A stretch of 64,000 nt of DNA from Mobula hypostoma (GCF_963921235.1 NC_086097.1:164674001-164738000), one strand, 5' to 3'. Shown: positions 1-11,960, counted from the stretch's first letter. Notes: generated by a model from the letters alone, not told the origin. Made by a program: numbers and translations.

Positions 1-1499
1 CACTTCCTTGTAATTGAAGATTGATTTAATTAAACTTTTGAATAATTCTAACAAATAAGCAATGTCATGCCTATGTTCTTGAGTTGATTACTGAATTATG
101 CATTCGAGTCTTCAAAGAATTTCATCACAGTTTCAAAAGCACATAAAAGCATCTCAGGCAGTTTGAGAGCCATCTGACTTCTGTGTGCAAAAGTGAGTAT
201 TCAAACCATTCATCATTCTCAATACAAAGCTCTTGAAATAGTCAAGAACTGAGAACATGGGACTTGATTTTATTTACCGCTGTGATAATGGTATTTAATA
301 ATCAGTTAGGTTTTTTTTGCGACAAGATGCTGTCTGTGAATTACATATGAATGGTAAATATGTAAGGTACAGCTATCTTCAAGAAAGTAAACCCACGGTA
401 GCATCCTGTCATTCATTGGTGGTGTCCCATCTGTTGCACATGCAGGAATGTTGATGAGCAAACTGTTCCTGTGAAAAATTGCTCAACTACCTGAAATATT
501 GACTCCCCCTTTGTATCTCTTTCTAGTCCCCTTGCAAATAACAACTCTTGAACCATGCTTTCATCTTTTATGAAGTGAACATAGCTAGAAGCAAAGATTC
601 GTTGCCTGGGAAAGTTGACTCATCCAACTGCAGAGCAAATTTTGTTATCTTATGCATGGTGCAGAATGTATTTTCACATTCTCAGACATTTCATCTATTT
701 GTCTTTGAAACGAATTGTCTCTGAGCGGAATCGAATTTTTAATTATTTGGTCTTGTCACTAATGCAAAGTCATATTCAGAACCTTTATTACTGCTATCAG
801 AAGCAGTTCTCCAGTTGTATGGGGCTTTCCAGATTTAGCAATGAGCAATGAAATGTTGTATGCCACAAGCAATCACTGTTTTGTTGTAAAGTGCTGGTAA
901 ACACGGTCAATCGCCTATTGCTAAAGTCCAACCTCAAGTGCTGCAGTCAATAAAGGGGAAAGTTATGACATCATCATAGTTCAGGCAAAGCCTGACTCTC
1001 TGCTTGAAGGTACATAAAGTGGGGCAGCAATATCGTGGTTCAGACATGAGCCAGAGAAATGTGGTCAAACTATTTGAAAGGGCAGATTCTGAACTTTACC
1101 CCATCGAACATCATACCCTAATTCGCAGGAATTGTGTGATTAGAGAATGTGATTCATACTAGCTAACACTATTCTACTGTTACTTCAGTCCAGATGGCTC
1201 ATGATATGCCAAATTCAGAAGTGTCACATTTCTTTTCAGCAACTGTAACATGCTTCGAGCAAAGTCTAAGTCGAGAACGGTGGGTTAGCAAGAGAAGAGG
1301 TGATTACATGATCATTGTAATCAGTTATGAGGCAGAGGTTCAAATGATTATAATAAGTAATTCATTTCTTAAATTAATCCTGTAATCCCTCAGCTGCTGA
1401 GTGCCACCTACTACTCCCTCCCCCCACTTTATCTTTACTGCCACCTTCACAACTTCCACCACCCTCGGCGGTGGGGGGGGGGCACAATACCGACCTTTT

Positions 1500-1885
1500 T
1501 GGGAGCCACTGTGATAAAGGTTTATGTGGTTGTGAGAAGTCTAGATGCAGTCAGTATCTTTTCCCTGGTTAACATTTCTAATACCAAAGGTTGTGCATTT
1601 AGGGTAATGGAGCAATGTCAAAGGAAATGTGAGAGGCAAGTTTTTTACACAGAGAGTGGTGGATGCTTAGAATTCATTGCCTGGAGTGATGGTAGTGCCA
1701 AATGCATAAGGGACTTTTAAGAGGCATTTAGATAGGTACATGAATGTGAGGTAAATAGAATTTATGGACATTGTAGAAGCAGACGAGATCAATTTTGTTG
1801 GCCTGTGATTACCAAATTAATTAGTTCAGCACAATATTGTGGGCTGAAGTGGCCGTTCCTTTGTTGTACTGGTCTATGTTCATTC
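1500..1885 (+). mobile_element. Decayed CR1 LINE 3' end
   Basis: tttttacacagagagtggtggatgc...ttttaagaggcatttagatagg...gggctgaagtggccgttcctttgttgtac resembles the 3' ends of the longer CR1 copies in this window. Confidence 0.7.
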
Positions 1886-2834
1886 TGTACTGTAAGGATA
1901 ACAAGCCCAGCTGTGAGAGATCAGAATAGCTGATCAAAAGGAGTTGTGAAGGACATTACAAAGAAGGGGAAAGTGAGAGGTGGAAAAGCTTCGGGAGGAA
2001 ATTCCAGAGGTGAGGCATTGCTGCCAGCATCGTAGCATTGAAGATATAGCAGGTGAAAGGAGCCATAATTGGCACTGGAGAGTTAAAGGTTTGCCAAGTA
2101 TTAAAGGAATAGATAGAGTTTAAGACAGTGGAGAAATTTGAAAATAACAGTGAGATCTTTGGAATCTAAGAACTGCTGAATCATCATTTCTATTTTAAGC
2201 ATCTTTGGTTATCCTTAAAATATCTTAAAATATACTAGTTTCTTTAATGAATGTATTTTCAGTACAATCACTGTTTAACTTTATGTGAGGCTAAGGGTTC
2301 ATCTTATAATATTAGGACACCATTCAATAGTCTTAGTGAATCTTCAAAATTGTCGACTCAAAGCCATAATGGAACTTAGTTACTAGGTATTTCCATGACG
2401 GACACCATGGAGTTATTGGATTTAAGGGAATCAAGCTTCATTAGTGTAGGAAAGTAGTGCTGAAGTAAATAATCAGCCATTTCTTACTGAACAGCAGATC
2501 GTGTCTATATCTCTTGTGCTGTTAGATTTGTAGTATCTGCACTTGGTTGCTGTAGTTGAAGAGTGCACAGGCACAGCAGCCAAGGAAGTAGAGACCTAAA
2601 GGTCAATCCAGACAGTGACAGCCATTGAAAATATCCGACAGTGCAAACTTCCTCATTATCAAGGTATCACAATATATCACTGGTGCCTCCTGAAAGCATG
2701 CACACCAATGGAGTGGAAATCTCATTAAAAAGGTCCAGGTTATTAATGAACATACAAATGCAGTCAATAGCTGTCAGGATTCATGTGATGCCATAAATTC
2801 CAATACCCAAAATGCTGCTATGAAATCGATGAAA

Positions 2835-2985
2835 TGGGGTGTTACCATCGCACAGCAAGTGGAGCCACTGCCTCACAGTACAAGCTTCAGTCCTGATCTA
2901 TAAGGAGTTTGCATAGTGATCTTATGTACTTCCTCCAGGTGCTTTGATTTACTTCCTTATCCCAAGAACAAGTGTGTTGTTTTGG
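2835..2985 (+). mobile_element. Old V-SINE (HE1-like) fragment
   Basis: cactgcctcacag...ggagtttgca...ttcctccaggtgctttgatttacttccttatcccaaga is a degenerate version of 53993-54175. Confidence 0.55.
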
Positions 2986-3314
2986 ATTTCCTGCATCTGC
3001 TGATTTTCTTGTGTTTATTATAATGAGACCTTACACAACCTTGAGGAGCAACATCTTACCTTCCATCTGAGCACACTGCACTTGCAGGGCTCAATATCAA
3101 ATTCCTGAACCAAAGACTTAGTCCTGAACTATAGACTTTCTTTCTATTTGTATGCGAACCGAACATCTTCGCCTGCTATCACTTCGGCTCAGCTTTTCCC
3201 ATTTTTTGTTTCATATTGTCTGGATTGTTGTGCATGTCTCCCAGGCATGCATCAATGACAGATTACACACACAAAGAAGCTTAACCTGATTTGAACTGCC
3301 ACGTTAGTTCATCC

Positions 3315-3830
3315 TCAGAATCAGATTTACGATCACTGACATATGTCATGAAATTTATTGCTTTGCAGCGGCAGTACAGTGCAATACATAAACTACTACA
3401 ACAATAAGTATATAAAAAATAAAATAGTGAGCAAAGTGAGGTCATGTTCATGGTTCATGGATCATTCCAATGGCTGATGGCAGAGGGGAAGAAGCTGTTC
3501 ATAAAACATTAAGTATGCGTCCTCAGGCTGCTGTTCCACCTCTCTGATGGCAGTAATGAGGAAAGTGTATGTTCTGCATGATGGTCTTTATTGATGGATG
3601 CCATGATCGTGAGGCACTACTTTTGGAAGAGGGCCTCGATAGTGGAGAGGCTAGTAGTCATGATGGAGTTGGCCGAGTCTACAACTCTGCTGCTGTTTCT
3701 GATCCTGTGCCTTGGAGCCTCCATAACGGGTGATGATGCAACTGGTCAGAATTCTCTCCACAGCACATCTGTAGAAATTTGCTTGAGTCTTTGGTGACGT
3801 ACCAATCCTCAAACTCTTATTGAAGTATTC
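3315..3830 (-). mobile_element. Rex1/Babar-like LINE 3' fragment
   Basis: starts with tcagaatcagatttac tail and contains gatggcagaggggaagaagctgttc, shared with 48054-53040. Confidence 0.75.
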
Positions 3831-4256
3831 TGTCTTAACTTATCCGAGAAATCAACTTGTTCCATTAACAACTCCTCAGATAACAATAACTCAGCAAATA
3901 GGTCTCAAGTAACATTCGCATCATTTAAGTGCCAGGAAATAATGGTATCTGACAAGAGAAAATCCAGTTGTCACCCCTTGAGGTTCAGTGGCAATACCAT
4001 AACTGAATTCGCCATCATTAAAACCATAGGGACTGCCATTAATCTGAATCTGAGCTGGGGTAGCCACATATGCAATGTGGTCACAAGAGCAAGAGGTAGG
4101 CTGGGAATTCTGTGGCAAATAACTTTGTCAGCTAACTCTCCAAAGCCTGTGCAGCATCTACAAAGTTCAAATCAGGAGTATGAGACCACACTGTCCACCT
4201 TCCTGGATGTGTTCAGCTTCAATAACACTCAAGAAGCTGAAAACCATATTGAATAT

Positions 4257-5529
4257 GGTGGTGGCATCCGTTAGTCTCGCGAGACCATGGATCTGTGCCT
4301 GGAAGTTGCCAGGGCGCAGGCCTGGGCAAGGTCATATGGAAGACCAGCAGTTGCCCATGCAACGAGTCTCCCCTCTCCACAACACCGATGTTGTCCAAGG
4401 GAAGGGCAAGGGCCGATACAGCTTGGCACCAGTGTCATTGCAGGAGTTGCCAGAACGAGGTTGAAGGCAACGTCGGACTGCCTTAAGGACTCCAGCTCCG
4501 GACTTGTCCTCAGGGTTAATTCCCGAAGCCTTTCCCATGAGTGGTGTTACGTACCCCGTAACTGGGTTGCCAAACCAGCAGAAATGGATCACTCAGTTGG
4601 AGTCTGGATTACTAGAACTAAGAAAGTTTTATTAAAGAAACAAGCAACACAGTACTCTAATCAAAAGGATAATAAATGCAACAGTTCAGCAATGATAAAC
4701 ACACATGTACACAGAATTAGGATAACAGGATCAATCAAGCTCTATCGTCGTCTAGGGGTAAATGACCAGTTTCAAAGTGACGCAAAGTTCAGTTCAATTG
4801 AATTCAGTTCAGTTCGCAGTAATCACTGCCGTGGGAGATGGACAGTGGGGGGAAGGAGAGAGAGAGCAAAAACGAATGAATATTCAAACGGCTTCCACAC
4901 AGACCGATATTCTTCGCAGTCAGCTTTCGGGCGAGCCCTTTTTGATGTCTTCTGAGGTCACCGACCATGACCCCTCCGTTTCCAGATACGATCGTTTCTC
5001 TGCGGTGAACCTTGCACCCAGGCAAGGGTGGACACACACCAGGTTCCCGCCGATCGTGCCTTTCCACCCTGTGCATCTATGGCTTGGTCCCGTGACCAGC
5101 CTTCCAAAACTTCCCACCGACTTGTGGGAGATGCACCGCTTCCAGGGTCTTGTTACCTCAGGGTGTCGTGTGTGTCTTGCCTTAGCGAACCTGTCCCTTT
5201 TTATCCCCCTGCTGGGGTATCGCCTGTCCATCACTTCAAACAGTTCAGGGTTCAAAGGGGGGGGGGCCGCTCTTGACAGCTCTCCTTCTGTCCCTTAATT
5301 AACATCTCCAAATGCTGCCCCATTGTTTTCCTTATCTCTCATTCTCCTGAAGACAGGTGGCAGACCAACTGCTGATCCCACTGGTGCCAGCACAGGACAG
5401 CTAACATCTTAATCTATGTGTATTCTCGTCACAGCGGGTATGGCCGCTAGGTAGCGGAGGTTTGAAATCAGAGTTTTCCCTCTTTTAAATGGACTGCCTT
5501 CCCAGGCTGATGAGCTCCATCTACCCAAA
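4257..5529 (-). mobile_element. Non-autonomous RTE-derived element (RTE 5' UTR-like plus 3' end-like parts, about 380 bp), interrupted by a solo LTR
   Basis: 9-bp TSD ATTGAATAT (4248-4256, 5530-5538); minus strand ends gtctcgcgagactaacggatgccaccacc and carries gggaaaactctgatttcaaacc near its 5' end, both RTE-like from recall. Confidence 0.65.
4545..5433 (-). mobile_element. Solo LTR (Gypsy-type), copy A
   Basis: TGTTAC...GTCACA termini; 4-bp TSD GTGG/GCGG; AATAAA (about 4626-4631) and TATA-like GATAAAAA (about 5197-5204) on the minus strand; homologous to 31941-32800. Confidence 0.85.
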
Positions 5530-8500
5530 ATTGAATATAGCAGCCCATTTATCTACAGCCGTTCACTCACTCCACTGCCCACATACAGTAGAAGCATCTA
5601 CAGGATACACTGCAGCAACTCACCAAGACTCCTTTAGATAGCATCTTCTGAACCCATGGCTTCTACTGACAAAAAGGACAAGGCAATGAAACCAGGGGAA
5701 AACCACCACCTGGAAGTTTCCCTCCAAACCACCGAACATCATGGTTGCCGATCCTTCACTGTCATCTGGTCAAAATCCTGAATCTCCCTCCCCCGTACAG
5801 TACCCTGCACACCAAGGACTGCAGTGGTTCAAGAAGGCAGCTCACCATCAATTGCTTGAGGGAAATTAGGGAGAGAAAGTAAATGCTGGTTCACACTGTG
5901 AAGCCCACATCCCTTAATTAAATAAGAATAAAACTAACCCGCCCAACATTCCGTGCTAACTTGTTTCTCCCTTTCCCAGTTTTGATGGAGAGTCATAAAC
6001 CTGAAATGCTCTTTCCACAAATGCTACCTGCCTCGCAGAGTGTTTCCAGCATTTTCAGTTTTAATTTCAAATTTTCAGCATCTGTGGATTTTTATTGTTG
6101 TTTACACTTTGTTCTCACTTTCTAATGTCTACAAGGAGTTTTGGGATCACTTCCTGGCAAAATTGTGCACTCCAGAATAACACCAAGGAGCTGGACTCCT
6201 AACTGGTCCTACCTGTATTTAATTCAAGACCATTAAATGTTGGCCTTACAGGAAGAGAATAGAGGGACTTGGGAGGTTAGGGACCTCATCAGACATGTAG
6301 CTGAGCACACCGCACACTCTTCCAACCATAATTTTATGGTAAGCAAATCCTTCTCCCTTCATTAGTATCTAAGGGCATTATTTGATAGAGTACATATTAC
6401 AGATTATATATCTATTTGTATAGAGTGAAGTCATGTAAAATATTTAAATAACTGTCCAGTGAGACAGGGACGGAGGGCTGATTGCTTACTTCATTTGGGA
6501 TTGATGGGAGTGGGGAAGTGGTCTTTAGGAGACGACTCTATATCTCCCAGGGTCAGTTTACAGTATGTGCATTGCAAACCTTCATTTTGCTTGCTCCCAG
6601 TATTTTTAGCTGTTGGTCTCTATGCAGCTGGTTGGAAACTTGAGAGTAATATGGGTTCTTTGATTACCAACACTGGTTGTTTTTTCTGTTTGAAGCATCA
6701 GGAGGAGCCAGAGTTATGGCAGGAGAAGGATAATGGATATTACTTGCCTTGGGATGGATTCATTTGCAGTATACCCCAGCTGAGCATCACATACTTAGTG
6801 ACAACTTCAAAGGATTTAACACATGCAGTAGCATTAACCATTGTACAGTGTAGAAGTTTGGCAATGTAGGGAATGTGAGATATGAACTAGCCTGTGGCCC
6901 CAGCATTGCATCTTTGTCTTTCATTTCTTTCATTGAAGCTTAATCAACTGTGCCTGAAATTTCAGTGATTCGGCCCCTTACCTCATCACATTTGCCTACA
7001 CTGTAACCACATTTAAAACGCCCCTTTTAAAAAGGTATTTCTAAATGCAGTCCTATTGCTCATCAATGTGTATAAAGTATTCTCACTGTAATACATCTTT
7101 CTCTGTAATAGACAATCTATAAAATAACTTCTGAATAGAGAAAACTCATCTATCTTTAGCTTTCCCATCTTCATAATATACAAACCCTATAAAATATCCC
7201 TTACCGTACAGATCATATTTTTAAGCTGCCAAATTAAAGTTCCTTCCAGATCTCTGAGTTCCTTAGAACAACATAAGCTTCATTGTCCACTAAAGGCCGA
7301 AACTTACATTCAGCCCACTTTGTAAACTCTTGAATATGATAAGAAACTTAGAAATATGAAGAGGGAACCTGAGAAATAAACTGTGTCTTAGTATATCTGT
7401 GAACTGTTTACTAATAAGAATGATTACAGATAGCATAACTGGTATGCTTTAAAAGCTGCTGTTCTTTATGCAATATCCCAATTCTACCCACTAGAATACA
7501 GTAAGAAAATGACAAAATTAATAAAATGTTCCAACATTAAAGAAATAGTAATTTGTTCAAAAAGCCATTGTAATTCATTCATTTTTTGTTCTGAGCCAAA
7601 ATTCTTAGCTATACAGTCCATCAATGGCGAGGAATTCTCTGACTTTCTGTTACCTTAACAACCCATTCCTGTTTTGTGTGGCAAATGTTTTTGATTTATT
7701 ATCAACAGTCTGTAGTACATCTAGAGGCTGGAACTATCTTTCGGCAGACTTACAGATCAAGGTCTGTGTTAGTACAAGGGGATGTTAAGTACAGGACTGC
7801 TTAGTGAGGCTGGAGATTACCGTCTCCTCCTGCGTGCTGGCACAAGGCAGAGTAGAACCTGACAGGCATGCAAATGATTTGCAGCCCACTTTCGTAAGTA
7901 ATCGTACATTCACGCTGATCAAAATCTGTCATCTTCAACATTATGGCCTTGGCAACTTCTTTGTGGAATTATTGGTTTCACCTATGAGGTGACATGCCAG
8001 ATCTGATTTACTTATAACCTTGAAGATGGTATTTGTGTAATATAAGAGTGGGATCATAGGAATAATTAAATGTGAGGTCATAATCACTTTCTAGTATAAT
8101 TCAATTCTACATCAAGCGGTACATTATATTTGGGATTTTGTTAAATTTTGCAAATGCCAAGCTGCCTGAGTTTTCATTGTGTTGTGGTCCCTTGGATGAC
8201 CAGCATAAATCAGGTTGCAATGGCTGGAAATTCATCAGTGATGATAGCATCAAACACACTGTTTAGTAACAGTTCTGTATTCTATATTGGCATTAAAGTT
8301 GAAGCCACTGCAACCAATCAAGGGAAGAATTTGTAGCTTAATATCCATAGTGAGAATTTGAAATACAGGAAAACTCTAATAATACATTATCTGATTTTTG
8401 GGAAATCCTGATGGTTTGGGAATTCTGTTGCCCACACTTCCTTTACAATCACTGGGGCTTTGCTTCCCACATTCCCTTTAAACACCATAAGATCTGATTC

Positions 8501-9691
8501 CTCATTCTTTAAGCTGACCAAGTTCACTACTAATGCACAACACCTTAAAAAAAGTCGATTAAAGTGTGCTGGAGCATTAATAGGAATAATAGCTAATAGT
8601 CCTAAAAAATCTGGAAGTCCATCAACACCTAATTTCAGCTTTAGTGTTTTACTATTCTGAAAGAAACGCTAACTGAATCATGAGGTGGAGTCATGATGTT
8701 AAAATTGTGTTTCTATTGTGACGATATTTTAATAGACAATGTAAGTGCCTACAAACACACTTCTGTTAATTCTGTATGCTGAACAGTGAAAAGTGTTAAA
8801 GGAATTTCAGGCAGTGGTCACATGTCAAGTTTACAGTCTCCACCAGACTGTCTGGGAGGAGGTGTGTGTAAGCCACATTGCTTAGCAACAGAAGGGAAAA
8901 CTGAAGTCAACACAGAGTGCCTCTGCATAACTCTTTGAGGTCAACCAGTGGTCTTTGCTGTGGAGCAGGTTGTCAGCCACATTTATAATCAAGACTGATG
9001 CATTGCAGGGTAACTCAAAAGATGGGGAGTTATTAGGGGAAAGGCATTAACAGTACAACTCAGAGACTCCTTTTAAGTACTTGCTTTGTGACCTTAAAGT
9101 TGTATATTTCTTTCCAGTATAAAGTCTCAGTGAAATTAACCTCGAAGCGGTTATGCCAGTTAGACATGTCACTTGTTTGGAAAAGATATTACAATACCAA
9201 TGCAAGAAATCTGAAAGTAATGTCAGCACAGGATTAAGGATTGAAATTATTGTGGTGAGTTTCCTAACCACCCACCTTAAATCAGACAATCCCTGGATAC
9301 CCTGGAAAAACAGTGACATTTAATTACCTTTGTATGTTATATAATGAAACTTTATTAGAAAAAAATAGCCTTGAGGCCTTGAGGTAATCTCTCCATAATA
9401 ATTAATTAGAATATGCACCGTAACAACATAGAAGATAACGCCAATAATCTCCAAATAATACTGCTGACCAGATCTTGTGACCCATGCCCCAACTTGCACC
9501 TGTCCGATATAAAGCCCTAATCTCCAGGCAAAATAACTCCCGGTCCCTGAGCTTTGTGAACGCCCCACAAAGACTGATCTTTGGCCAAACTACCTCCAGA
9601 AGTCCCTATTCCTTTTTCAGTCTTGCACCTTTAGTCCTCAGGAGAAATTGAAATTTGCAGTGGCAGAACTCTGAACAAAACATTATAGTAG

Positions 9692-9910
9692 AGCAAAAAA
9701 ATAAAAGCTAGAGAAACTCAGCAGGTCAGGCAGCATATGTAGAGAGAAATGGACAGTTAACTTTGAGGGCTGAGACCTTTCATCTGGACTGAAGAGTCTC
9801 AACCTGAATTGTCGACTTTTTAATTTTCCTGTACTGATGCTGTCTGACTCAGTGAGTTCTTTCAGCAGCTTTTATCCCCCGTCAAGTTTCAGCACCTGCA
9901 GTTTCTTCTG
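9692..9910. mobile_element. Head-to-head inverted pair of Penelope-terminus repeats
   Basis: left arm gagaaactcagcaggtcaggcagcat... is the reverse complement of right arm ...atgctgtctgactcagtgagttcttt. Confidence 0.7.
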
Positions 9911-10249
9911 TCTCCACATCTCTATCTTGCAGCACAGCAAGGTGACTACTAACAGGAAGGTTCTAGTTTGGCTGAGTTTTGATTGATTTTCCCTTTACTA
10001 TTATGGAAAAGAATTAGAGTTGTTCTCCCCCTTTTTTTCTGTGCCAAAATCTTGAGTTTGGTCAGGATAAATAGGGAAATTCTCAGCCTCTAATTGTTTT
10101 GAAATGAAAATGTAATAAAGAGTAAAAAAAATCTGGAGAGAGGTGTTCCTGTAACTGTTCAGTCTCGACTGACTGCTCTTGACAAGGTACATTAACCGCC
10201 TATATGTTTAAGCTTACTTGTAAAGCATGCCCCAATAAAATGATCTTAG

Positions 10250-10545
10250 AAACAGTCTTTCAGAGCTGAAGATGCCTTGCTTCCAAGTGATCAATGAGTC
10301 CAATATAGTCTTTTCGGCCCCTGTCAGAGAAGGGTTAGGTAGGGAGAGGGACTGATTGGGTTCATAAGGAGTCCTTCCACTGCTTGCATTTAGCCTTCAC
10401 AGCCATCTTGTTAAAGAGACATGCTCAGTGCTTCTCTGGATGCATCTCCACTACTTTGGTCAGTCTCGTGCCAAGATTCCCATTAGTTGGCACAGAAATC
10501 ACTTGCTGTGACATACGTTGGAGTCGAGTGCTTACCTTGGAAGTC
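10250..10545 (-). mobile_element. Probable old RTE-type LINE 3' fragment (host of the hAT nest)
   Basis: minus strand reads tgggaatcttggcacgagactgaccaaagtagtggagatgcatcc, similar to the RTE WExLAxDRxxWR motif. Confidence 0.4.
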
Positions 10546-10650
10546 TGGTAACACGGGTCCCCAACCTTGTTTGCACCACAGACCGGTTTAATATTGACAA
10601 TATTCTTGTGAGCTGGCTGACCCGGGGCGGGGGGGCCGGGGATGTTCAAG

Positions 10651-11333
10651 TAGGGTTAAACTCACCTCAACATGATGTCTTTTACAGTTAGGGTTGCCAA
10701 CTTTCTCACTCCCAAACAAGGGGCAAAAGTAGCAGTCAAATCCTGATGAAGGGTCCTGGCCCGAAACGTCAACTGTGCCTCTTCCTATAGATGCTGCCTG
10801 GCCTGCTGCATTCGCCAGCATTTTTTGTGTGTGCTGACAGGACGCTTGTGTTTACCCCGAGAAAGACGACCATGACCATGAAACCTTGCGCGGGCACCTG
10901 TGTGCACATGTATGACATACGCATACGTGACGTGCGCATGCGCATACGTGCCGATTTTTTTCCCCACATACTGTATCGGTTTTGGCTTAATCTTCCCGAC
11001 TACACTGTACATACATTATTTCTACTTTATATAGGCTGTGTATTTATCATATCATTCCTACTTTTACTATATGTACGAGTTATTTTAGGTGTTATGTGTT
11101 ATTTGGTATAATTTGGTAGGTTATTTTTTGGGTCTGGGAACGCTCAAAATTTTTTCCCATATAAATTAATGGTAATCGCTTCTGTGCTTTACGCCATTTC
11201 GGCACGAAAGGTTTCATAGGCACGCTCTACCTTAGCGGGGGAAATACGGGACAAGGGCGGTCCTGTATGGGACTAACCAACTTAGCCCAATATACGGGAT
11301 GTCCCTGCAAATACGGGACAGTTGGCAATCCTA
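10651..11333. mobile_element. hAT-Blackjack-like non-autonomous element nested in the Charlie MITE
   Basis: TIR tagggttgccaac (10689) and gttggcaatccta (11321-11333); repeated acgggac-type subterminal motifs; 8-bp TSD TGTTCAAG (10643-10650, 11334-11341). Confidence 0.8.
10743..10775 (+). ncRNA. Minimal type I hammerhead ribozyme motif in a Penelope-terminus insertion (10742 to about 10836)
   Basis: CTGATGA-A-GGGTCCTGGCCC-GAAAC-GTC: conserved core boxes, GGG/CCC helix II, palindromic ACGT helix III and GUC cleavage triplet; the 5' strand of helix I is missing in this copy. Confidence 0.6.
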
Positions 11334-11960
11334 TGTTCAAGTTCAACAGTGCGTGACAGGGAATGAGGAGAGGTGCAGCTGACTCATATCGTTTCCTCAC
11401 AGCCCTGTAGCACATGCTTTGTGGCCCAGTACCAGTGGCTGGTGACCGCTGTGGTAACAGATACACCGATAATATGGCTTTTCCATCACAGATGGTGTAG
11501 TAAAGTCAGAGTCTCATTGTTGCTCTAGGAGAGTACACTGACATTACTTCACCTATTCTGCCAGAGAAGAATTTTTTAAAGGCAACATTGGTTGTGCTTC
11601 TTTAGTGCTTTGTAGTGCCTGCCGAATGCTCCTTGGGTCTGACATAGAAAGGAGGGAGGGTATCAGTGCTTTTGAAAATTTTGAAATTAAAATCCTTCCA
11701 GAATATTAGAACTAAATTACTTTTGTTTTAAATTAAAGATCAAAGTAAATTGCAGTCCCATGAAGGTTAATTATACTGGTCGTATGACATGAAGGATCAT
11801 CAGAATAAATATCCGTTGCATTGCCTTTCCAATCTAATTTAAACAGTTGCTTAGTCAGATTAGTGTTATTATCCACAACTGATTTCCATTAATACAATTT
11901 CCAGATGTTTCAATACTTGCTGACCTCAGTAATCGGATAACCTACCTATAAGCATTAGGC

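Larger units (their letters stand above)
3960..5920 (+). mobile_element. CR1/L2-clade LINE 3' fragment split by a nested insertion at 4257-5529
   Basis: frameshifted RT C-terminal motifs (catctacaaagttcaaatcaggagtatg...acactcaagaagctga); 3' UTR-like sequence resumes after 5538; related remnant at 42460-43020. Confidence 0.6.
10554..11451. mobile_element. hAT-Charlie-like MITE carrying a nested element
   Basis: left gggtccccaacc, right ggctggtgaccgctg; exact 8-bp flanking repeat TGGTAACA (10546-10553, 11452-11459). Confidence 0.75.

Noticed and set aside
158..199. Donor-like AA|gtgagt near 194 as an upstream exon
   Set aside because: Nearby acceptors give a stop codon or a non-multiple-of-3 length and no MTCL1 similarity
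4287..5298. 222-aa and 178-aa ORFs
   Set aside because: They lie within or across the RTE-derived element and solo LTR, and are not preserved in the second LTR copy
6459..6869. 136-aa ORF
   Set aside because: No recognisable motifs, codon bias or convincing splice sites
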